Shown piece by piece: positions 54,425-64,000 of a stretch of DNA of 64,000 nt. Made by a program: the position numbers and the translations under genes. The stretch is from Octopus vulgaris (lineage: Eukaryota): the NCBI GenBank assembly GCA_951406725.2, contig OX597823.1:30132001-30196000 (forward strand), written 5' to 3'. The number at the start of each line of letters is the position of its first letter. Within the stretch, counting starts at the first letter, position 1. Below the pieces are notes generated by a model. The model saw nothing but the letters and a program-made list of their open reading frames with translations, made no database searches and was not told where the DNA came from.

Positions 54425-54980
54425 GTGTGTGTGTGTGTGTGTGTAAGCGCTAGCGTGGGTGTGCGGAAAGGAGCTTACTTCCCAACCCCATAGTTCTAGG
54501 TTCAGTCCCACTGCGTGGCACTTTGGGCAAGTGCCTTCTGCTCTAGCCTCGGGCCGACCAAAACCTTGTGAGTGGATTTGGAGGAGTGAAAGTAAAAGAA
54601 GCCCGTCGCATGTATATTTGAGGATAATTTTATGATTTCGTTAAAGCGAAGAATAAGAATAGGACTGCAGGTGGAGGTGCTCAGGTAACACTGGCACGAA
54701 AAGAAATATAAATTGAAAGGTATAATGAATAAACGCACCGATTGGTCAAAACAACTTTATAACATTCCCATATTATCATAAATCGAACATAAATATACAT
54801 TAGAGCAACAAGGCATCTATTGGCAAAACGCAATAGTATAAAATATACACTTATATACAAATAAATGGTGATAAAACCTAAAAGAGTAATACGAGTTAAG
54901 TCGAATGAAGAAAAATATATGGATTAAATTTGTGCATAATAAGAGCGACTAAAAATTTAATGCAATGGAGCTAAAATAAC

Positions 54981-55059
<79 letters not shown>

Positions 55060-55062
<3 letters not shown>

Positions 55063-55300
55063 AGCCTTCACTTTCATCGCTACCTGGTGGTTACCGCCCG
55101 TTGACGAGGGACAACAATCCTGAAACTAGTTCGAGCGTATCACTCAGGCTTGCGAGGAAGGGATGGCCTCCCTTTGCAAATACTCCAAAGACACAGATAT
55201 TGTGTTTAGAGCCAGCTAGAGACGAAGATCTCTTGGGGCTATAAAGCTACAGTAACAACCCCCTCCCCAATGTAGTTAGCCATGATAAGATGGCTACTAT

Positions 55301-55379
<79 letters not shown>

Positions 55380-56120
55380 GGCAAAGTGGAAACCAGAAAA
55401 GAGTCCATTCAAATCCATCTCTCCGATCGTCTCAAAAGATATTGCCTCACTTCGTCAATGTAAAATTCATTAAGGAAATCCAAAGGCGATACTACAGCAT
55501 AGCCGCAGTCAAATGACTGAAACAAGTAAGAGAATAAGAGAATATATGTATAGTGAGTAATGTTCGTAGTCACCTCAACATGCGTGGCTGTTCCTTCGAA
55601 CGGACTTTACGGCGATTTTTTAACCCTACTTACTGAAGAGAGGCAGAAAGAGTTCGAAACCAGGCTGGCCTGCTGGTCCTGTCGCTAGAAGATAGTAGGA
55701 GTTCGCTCCCTTGCTCGCAATATATCGGATGCAGCAGTGCATCGTTAACCAGCTAGAGGAGATGTCCTCTTGAAGTTAAAAAATCGTAGTAGAGTCCGTT
55801 CGGACCGACAGCCATGTTGAAGTGGCTACGAATATTACTTGTTAGTACAACTACTGCGTTGATCTCTTAGAATGATTTTAGAAAGCAACTGTGTGTCGCA
55901 TGAATTTATATATATTGCGAGCAGCAGTGTGCTACTACCATCTCTAGCAGATGAGGTATCCATTAGTGAAGAGAGGCAGAAATAACTCGAAACTAGACTC
56001 TTGGGGTTAAAAATCGTAAACTCCTTTCAAATGGAACAGCGGTGTTGAAGTGGCTACGAACGTTACTTGTTAATACAACAACTGGGTTCATCTCTTAGAT
56101 TTTAGAATTAGCTTTTTTGC
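55060..56120 (+). mobile_element. Cluster of three related HHR-bearing short elements (about 55060-55300, 55560-55900, 55920-56120)
   Basis: HHR 55095-55137: cgcccg-TTGACGA-GGGA-caacaa-TCCT-GAAA-CTAG-TT-cgagcg. Decayed versions at about 55633 and 55966. Shared CTCTTGRRG.TA and TGGCTAC segments. Confidence 0.65.
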
Positions 56121-56123
56121 TTG

Positions 56124-56161
<38 letters not shown>

Positions 56162-56165
<4 letters not shown>

Positions 56166-56867
56166 CTGTCGACCTTTTTTCGAGTAGCGTGCGTATTGTG
56201 AAAAAATTATATGGTTAATGGACAATATGTCCAATTTTTCGGCATATTTTGCATTGGAAATTTTTTCCTTTGCCCTCATTTATGAATTGTTTATAAATTT
56301 TACCGTTAAAGGTATTTTTAATATACTGGCCATTGATAAAATTATTTTCGAAAAAAAGTTTATCCTCACATTAGATATAAATTTAAGCGTTCACTTCCGA
56401 ACTATCTCACTCTGTGAGAGCTTCAGTTCAAATCGCACGTGTCTCGAATGGGCTGGAGTATTTCTATTTTGGACGTATTTGGGGTACTTAGTTGTGCTCA
56501 TGACTTAGTGTTTGCTTCTTCCATGGGTATGAGTAAGTATCTCATTTATTTCTTTTGCCACATGTATCACTGACGAAGAGAGGGCTCTTAGTAGCTAACT
56601 CTGAAATCGGTCCGATATGGTAATAATGGAATTTTTTAGAAATTTCTGTCGACCTTTTTTCGAGTAGCGTGTGTATTGTGAAAAAATTATATGGTTAATG
56701 GACAATATGTCCAATTTTTCGGCATATTTGGTATTAGAAATATTTTCCTTTGCCCTCATTTATGAATTGTTTATAAATTTAACCGTTAAAGGTATTTTTT
56801 AATATGCTGGCCATTGATAAAATTTTTTTCGAGAAAATATTTTTTTCGAAAAGAATTTTATCCTCAC

Positions 56868-56871
<4 letters not shown>
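56162..56871 (+). mobile_element. Family D element: 480-bp unit plus terminal direct repeat, HHR at 56561-56619, in (TA)n
   Basis: 56162-56373 is repeated at 56642-56871. HHR: gtatca-CTGACGA-AGAG...CTCT-GAAA-tcgg-TC-cgatat. Confidence 0.82.
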
Positions 56872-56944
<73 letters not shown>

Positions 56945-56946
<2 letters not shown>

Positions 56947-57122
56947 TAATGCGAGGACGTAGTACAAGTACTGTATTATCAGACGCTTAGGAAAGGTAAG
57001 AAAGAGGATTTAACGTTTCGAGCCTTGCTTTTCTTCAGAAATAGAGGCAAATCCAAAGGAAAGAAAGTCGGAGGAAGAAAATCGCCAACGATACACACGC
57101 GGTTACATTTTGAAATGACCGG
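56945..57122 (-). mobile_element. Family A-related HHR element with canonical core
   Basis: Minus 57042-57008: attt-CTGAAGA-a-aAGC-aag-GCTc-GAAA-cg-TT-aaat. (TA)n on both sides. Confidence 0.7.
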
Positions 57123-57131
57123 AATATATTG

Positions 57132-57196
<65 letters not shown>

Positions 57197-58998
57197 TATA
57201 TTTTTGTATCCTTAAAACTACATCAAATATTTTATTCCAGGCAGTTTATTGACTCACATAATTTCATATCCAGCAAAATCTGAAACCGAGCGCTCCGTAG
57301 CGCGTAGATTGCCTATACCTCTATATGGAATATGTGATCTAGTCATTTAATGTTCCATACTTAACTTAATGCTTAAGGTGTTGAATATCTATGCATTCTC
57401 TGCGGCGACCTCTGGAATGAAAGAAAAGTGACAACAAAGAAAAAAACGACTGTTTTTATTGCTTATAAAATGTACCAGAAATGGATAATTAAGTCAGTTT
57501 AATTAGTCTTAGTAATCACAGGCTCCCTCATTGGCTCATAAATTATCACATATGGAATCCCCTAATGTCTATAAAAATTCTCAAGCATGGTGTTTTATTG
57601 TTTATAAAATGTACTAGAAAAGATAATTAACTCAGTTTAATTAATTTTCATGGTCACTTATGTAGAATTATTTATTCATAAATTGGTTGTATCGTTCCTC
57701 AGTTTGTTGTTTTACATACATATTTTATAATTTCATCACTTAACTATTGCTTTTTTTGTATATGCATATGGATGGCGCCTCAGAGACTCCTACACCGATT
57801 TCTTTTACTGCAGCTGTTTCTGTTGCTTGTTTTATTTTCGTTTATAGTTCTTGGTCAGCTAGGACTGAGTAGACCTACGACCAAATGTATTCCAAATGAT
57901 TTGAGGCACGTTTGATTGCTGTTTCTATGTAGAGGTATCCGTATTTTCCTCATCTGAAGTTTAGTCTTTCTACGATGTTCCTTCTGTTCGGATGTATGTA
58001 TGTATGTTGTTAGAAAAGCTATTCTTACAAACAGATAGACGAGAGAAGTCAGTGAAGAAACACCAGGGGGAAACAGATAGGGATAGATAGATAAAATGGA
58101 TTTAATACTTAGTTTTTCTAAGTACTGTATGCCCCCTCACCGCCACCGCGGTCTACAAAATCCAGCGCTTCCTTCATTTGTCAAGACAAAAGTGTATTAT
58201 TTGAAGCGGATTTGGCTGCAATTTCTATCACTCTTAGCTACTGCGCAGAAGTTTCATTTCAAGGCCCATACATATATTCGCGCATAACACATTGTGGCGT
58301 GATATGAGGGACGCTTGGCTACAATTTCTACCGCCTGGAACTACTATATAAAGGTTTCCCTTGTTGGCTCATACATACATGAATAGTTGCATTTACACGC
58401 ACCCCACCCATACACATTCTTTACTTTTCCGTTATTGGTGGGTCAACAATAAAGCAATCCACCCAGTGAGAGGTAAATAATATCTAATGTACACAGGATT
58501 TAGATGTGAGCTGTTATGTTTCATGCCTTCGATAACACATTATTTGGACGAGCGTGTATTATACAACACGCTACTCTTCGAGAAAAGTGACAAAGAACGA
58601 GAAAGAAAGATAGGAAAAAGTAAATGCAAAAAAAGGAAAGAGTAAAGAAGCACTGAAGGAAAAGCGATAAAAGTTGTATCCCTTTGAATGGGACACAGCT
58701 CTTATTTCCTTATGAATAGGAATTAACAATGATTAATGTAGTTAATTCGACAGGGAAAGGTTAAAGTTTGTGAGACCTACTGAATGAATTCCAGATCCGA
58801 AATATTCGCTAAATGCAAGCATCTGAATAAGTTTGTATTGTCAAATTAGAAAATACCACACTCTCCGAATTAAACATGAAGTCTTGCAAACTTTAACTCT
58901 TCTCCCATCGAATTAATTACACCATTGTCCGATAATACACGGCATGCTATAAAATTCGTCCCAGTATACAGGCATGAAATTTATAACTCGCATTTGAA

Positions 58999-59066
<68 letters not shown>

Positions 59067-59205
59067 CAGCAGGGTGTGATTTGAGGCACGTTTGATTGCT
59101 GTTTCTATGTAGAGGTATCCGTATTTTCCTCATCTGAAGTTTAGTCTTTCTACGATGTTCCTTCTGTTCGGATGCAGAAACAAATCTTTCTTTCTCTCTC
59201 CCTCC

Positions 59206-59246
<41 letters not shown>

Positions 59247-59930
59247 TAATCTATCTCCGTACACACAAAAATGTTTGTGAGTACACATGTATACACACAC
59301 ACGCACACATGTACACACTCACACACATGTATGTATGTATGTATGTATGTATGTATGTATGTATGTATGTATTTACGTATGTATGTATTTAACCCATTCT
59401 ATCTATCCCTATCTGTCTCCCCCTGGTGTTTCTTCACTGACTTCTCTCGTCTATCTGTTTGTAAGAATAGCTTTTCTAACAACTAACACGCTAGTCAGTC
59501 CGCTGTAATTTATTACCGAAGTCTGGGTAATGTCACTAAGTTTCCTATCTCTTATCTCTATCCAGTTTCTCCTTGAACAAGCTAAAAAAGCTAAACAGGC
59601 AACGCATTTCTTGTTTGAGTGAGCAAAAGGAACAAATGTTATTACTTGTGTAGTCGGACATACATTCCCTTGTCATGAAATATAAGGTCATTATCAACAT
59701 TAATCTTCCTTCCGTTTTACATCGATCACTGTCACAATCGATCAACGTGTGTTGTAGGAGAAAACATGGTGTCACAAGAGCAAACGAAGGAAAAAAAACA
59801 CAGAAGGCGGGATAAAAAAATGAAAAAAAAAAAAAAAAGAGAAAAGACACCCACAAACATGGATGCACAGGCATATATGTACAATCATACACACACACAT
59901 ATATTCATGCATACATGTATATATACACAA

Positions 59931-59987
<57 letters not shown>

Positions 59988-60092
59988 TATACATACATAT
60001 ACATATATACATATATATATATGCATACTTATACATACATACATACATACATGCATATACATATATATATATATATACATACATATGCATAC

Positions 60093-60131
<39 letters not shown>

Positions 60132-60226
60132 CATACATATATATATATACATACATATACATATATACACACACACACACATATATATATATATACATAT
60201 ACATATATATACATACATGCATATAC

Positions 60227-60300
<74 letters not shown>

Positions 60301-60306
<6 letters not shown>

Positions 60307-62737
60307 AAACAAGTAAAAAATAGAAAATGCTAAAATAATTTTATAGTGAACATTTCAGTACCGGTTTCGGTCATTTTGAGACCTTTTCAACTGTAACGAT
60401 TAAATAATTAAATTTAGAAAAATTAGAAGAAAAGTTTTTTTAAAAGAATATTTCTATAGTAGTGTTCAGATTTAAGTGGCATTCTGCCTTTCTCTGACTC
60501 CCTTGTTTGCACTTGTGTGTTCGAGGTAGTTGTGAGTTCTTGGTAGGGTAGTAGAGGGAAGGCTGGTGAGGAAAGGGGGTGGGAGAATCTGGGAGTGCCC
60601 TGATGGTCGTATTTTGAATGGTCAGTGGCGGCTGGCAGTCTCAGTTCAATTCAGGATTGTTTATAGAATTAGCGTAGGTGTTATACTAAAAAACATTAGT
60701 GACAAACTTAAGGGGTAGGGGGTGGAGAAGAAGAAGAAGAAGAAGAAGAAGAAGGAGAAGGAGAAGATGATGGTGATGGTGGTGATGATTATGACGACGA
60801 TGATGATGATAACGATGATGATGAAGAAGAAGAAGAAGAAGAAGAAGAAGAAGAAGAAGAAGGAGAAGGAGAAGATGGTGGTGATGATGGTGGTGATGAT
60901 GATGACGCCGATGATGATGATAACGATGATGATGAAGAAGAAGAAGAAGAAAAAAACAGAGAGGGGAGAATATGAATGGGTGTAAATATAGCTATGAAGG
61001 GGCTGATTAGTAATGGATTCTATGGAGTGTAGTATTTGTGTGTGTATATATATTTTTTTCTTTTATTCTAAAGTTGAGGTATATTAATTGTTTGTCGTAG
61101 ACCCGTTAAGAAGTGGCTTGTATTTTGTAATAAAGAGATTTTCTTTACTTATTCTTTGTCTCGAGGTTGTATCGTCCCTAAATTGGTAGAGGGGGAAAAT
61201 TCTGAAGTTTGGTGTTTTTTTGTTGGCGCAAGTATCTATGTGTTGGCTAAAAGCTATTTTTCTGTTTTGGGGAATTTTTATCTGGGATCTGTGCAGGGCC
61301 ATTCGTTTACGCAAACCATTTTTTGTTTGGCCTATGTACTGCTCTTGACACCCGGAGCAGGTTAGTGAGTATATTAGGTTCTCCGAAGCACATGTGAAGT
61401 TGCTTTTCACTGTAAACCGTTGTCCCTGTTTGAAGGAGAACTCCGAACCCTCGATTAGATAGTCGCATATCCCGCAATTGGGTCTTCCACATTTTTTTAC
61501 TGTCGGCTTCTGTGTTGAAGAGTGAATTCGGGCTTGTGTAAGGAGACTTTTCATGGATCTAGGCTGTCTTTTGCTTTTTATGATCGTGTGTGTTTGGAGG
61601 ATTGTGTTCATTCTGTGGTCTTTTTTTAGGAGGGGTATGTTGTGGAGGATGGTGTCGAAGGCTTCGTTATTGAGAGGGTTGTGTGTGGAGATGTATGGTA
61701 AGGCTTTTGGTTGTAAGTTTTTCTTTGATTTGGGATGTCTCAGTTCCTTGATGTTAAGTTGAAGGGCACGTTGAATGCACTTGTCAATAAGTGAAGGTGG
61801 ATAGTTCCTGGTGATTAGGGTATCTTTTAGTTCTTGTAGTCGTGTGTCTCTGGTGTTTGCGTTAGAGACTATAGTGCATATCCTTTTTGCTAGATTGAAG
61901 GGGATATTCATCCTGGTGTGTCTGGGGTGGCATGAATTGAATGGAAGATATTGCTTAGAGTCTGTAGGCTTATAGTATATGTCTGTTTCTATTATATTAT
62001 TAGCTTTCTTAATGAGGATATCGAGGAAGGGGAGTTGTTGTTGGCTATATTCCATCGTGAATTGGATGTTTACGTCCAGTCCGTTTAAAATTTTCTGGAA
62101 TTCTATCATCATCGTTATCATCATCATCGGCGTCATCATCATCACCACCATCATCACCACCATCTTCTCCTTCTCCTTCTTCTTCTTCTTCTTCTTCTTC
62201 TTCTTCTTCTTCTTCATCATCATCGTTATCATCATCATCGTCGTCATAATCATCACCACCATCACCATCATCTTCTCCTTCTCCTTCTTCTTCTTCTTCT
62301 TCTTCTTCTTCTCCACCCCCTACCCCTTAAGTTTGTCACTAATGTTTTTTAGTATAACACCTACGCTAATTCTATAAACAATCCTGAATTGAACTGAGAC
62401 TGCCAGCCGCCACTGACCATTCAAAATACGACCATCAGGGCACTCCCAGATTCTCCCACCCCCTTTCCTCACCAGCCTTCCCTCTACTACCCTACCAAGA
62501 ACTCACAACTACCTCGAACACACAAGTGCAAACAAGGGAGTCAGAGAAAGGCAGAATGCCACTTAAATCTGAACACTACTATAGAAATATTCTTTTAAAA
62601 AAACTTTTCTTCTAATTTTTCTAAATTTAATTATTTAATCGTTACAGTTGAAAAGGTCTCAAAATGACCGAAACCGGTACTGAAATGTTCACTATAAAAT
62701 TATTTTAGCATTTTCTATTTTTTACTTGTTTTTTCAT
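60301..62737 (-). mobile_element. Young 5'-truncated Penelope-like element (Neptune-type) with an inverted pLTR copy, inserted in (TA)n
   Basis: Uninterrupted ORF end. 60301-60933 and 62105-62737 are reverse complements. HHR in each arm (60356-60393 -, 62645-62682 +). Confidence 0.93.
61084..62103 (-). CDS. PLE RT C-terminus/thumb, Zn-finger linker and GIY-YIG endonuclease (5'-truncated, no stops)
   Basis: NIQFTME..LPFLDI..YYKPTDSKQYL.FNSCHPRH; CGRPNCGIC; NLIYSLTCSGCQEQYIGQT..LRKRMALHRS..SKENLFITKYKPLLN. The N-terminal K/M run of the track ORF comes from the inverted arm. Confidence 0.92.
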   Translation of the reverse strand, partial: EFQKILNGLDVNIQFTMEYSQQQLPFLDILIKKANNIIETDIYYKPTDSKQYLPFNSCHPRHTRMNIPFNLAKRICTIVSNANTRDTRLQELKDTLITRNYPPSLIDKCIQRALQLNIKELRHPKSKKNLQPKALPYISTHNPLNNEAFDTILHNIPLLKKDHRMNTILQTHTIIKSKRQPRSMKSLLTQARIHSSTQKPTVKKCGRPNCGICDYLIEGSEFSFKQGQRFTVKSNFTCASENLIYSLTCSGCQEQYIGQTKNGLRKRMALHRSQIKIPQNRKIAFSQHIDTCANKKTPNFRIFPLYQFRDDTTSRQRISKENLFITKYKPLLNGSTTNN

Positions 62738-63548
62738 ATATATATATATATGCATATATATGCATATACATATACATATATATATTACTCACACACACTC
62801 ACATACATACAGACAGACACCCACACAGACACACATTGAGAGCATTGCTAATGCACATGCGCCTAGTGATGAGATGCTGAAATAATAGGGAATTGATGAT
62901 CAACGTCTGTGATTTACAGGGCGCAGCCTTAATCCCACCCACTCTCCTTTTCTATTGTATTCTATTTAAAACAAATAAATCCTGCAATGGGCAGAGGGAA
63001 GGTGGGCAGCAGACTTGGATCAATTTTCTGTCAGATTGACTGATTGATGCTTTGTAGGTGGAGTCGGAATTTAGTCCCTGATTCAAGACCTCGGTCTTCT
63101 GAGTCTCAATGATGTTATCAATCATATAATGGCGACCTTGGTCATTGGCTCAAGTGTGGATTATTGATGTTAAATGCAAATTAGACTTTAGCTGTTGTGA
63201 CTTTTATATAAACGTTAATTACTTTCGCAAAATAAGATGGAAGTTCTGCCCTGTGAACAGAATGTTTACCAGTTTCACTCAGTGTTTTATTTTATTTTAT
63301 TTTATTTTATTATTTGCCGACACAACACAAACCATCGCCAGATCCATCTTTTATTCTTTTATTTGTTTCAGTCATTTGACTGCGGCCATGCTGGAGCACC
63401 GCCTATTAGACGAAGAAATCGATCCCAGGATTTATTCTTTATAAGCCTAGTACGTGTTCTATCGTTCCCTTTGGCCGAACTGCTATGTTACGGTGATGTA
63501 AACACACCATCATCAGTTGTCAAGAGATGGTTAGGGGGACAAACACAG

Positions 63549-63599
<51 letters not shown>

Positions 63600-63777
63600 A
63601 CAAAAACGCAATAGAGGACATTAAAACATTCGGACAGATAGACGATACAAAGGTGGACAAGAGAAACAACAATTAGAAGGACAGGCAAAAAAGACAGGAC
63701 ATTCGTGGTTTTCTTTCTTCAGTCAAGTCCCAGGAGTCACGACTATTTCAGGCAATTGCACTTGAGATGGTTCGATC

Positions 63778-63913
<136 letters not shown>

Positions 63914-64000
63914 GTATACATATATATACGACAGGCTTCTTTCAGTTTCCGTCTACCAAATCCACTCACAAGACTTTGGTCGGCCCGCCCAAGGTGTCAC

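Noticed and set aside
62105-62316. Lys/Met-rich N-terminus of the 410-aa PLE ORF
   Set aside because: Fortuitous in-frame read-through from the inverted 3' UTR arm; the same peptide appears at 60722.
62865-62915. C/D box snoRNA (TGATGA and CTGA boxes)
   Set aside because: Box spacing is too short, with no terminal D box or closing stem.

Overview
AT-rich, microsatellite-saturated eukaryotic intergenic or intronic DNA. Its tRNA-derived SINE families and repeat landscape are most consistent with an octopus (coleoid cephalopod) genome; this is an inference. I cannot support any intact host gene, and nearly all short ORFs in the track are translated microsatellites. Recognisable content: non-LTR retrotransposon fragments (CR1/L2-group ORF1+APE, R4/Dong-type RLE elements, a Tx1/L1-clade RT), two decayed Tc1 transposons, mariner/pogo relics and MITEs, a non-autonomous Helitron, many SINEs, and at least three Penelope-like element (PLE) coding fragments. 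One PLE is a very young Neptune-type insertion framed by a 633-bp inverted repeat. The most striking signal is about two dozen minimal hammerhead-ribozyme (HHR)-like motifs in 64 kb, carried by several families of short non-coding elements mostly sitting in (TA)n. They include a family with a fixed non-canonical core (CUGUNGA), a U3-A8 core variant, covarying stems, tandem and inverted arrangements, and a tRNA head joined to an inverted HHR tail. Coordinates were read by eye and may be off by a few bases. Ribozyme activity is untested.
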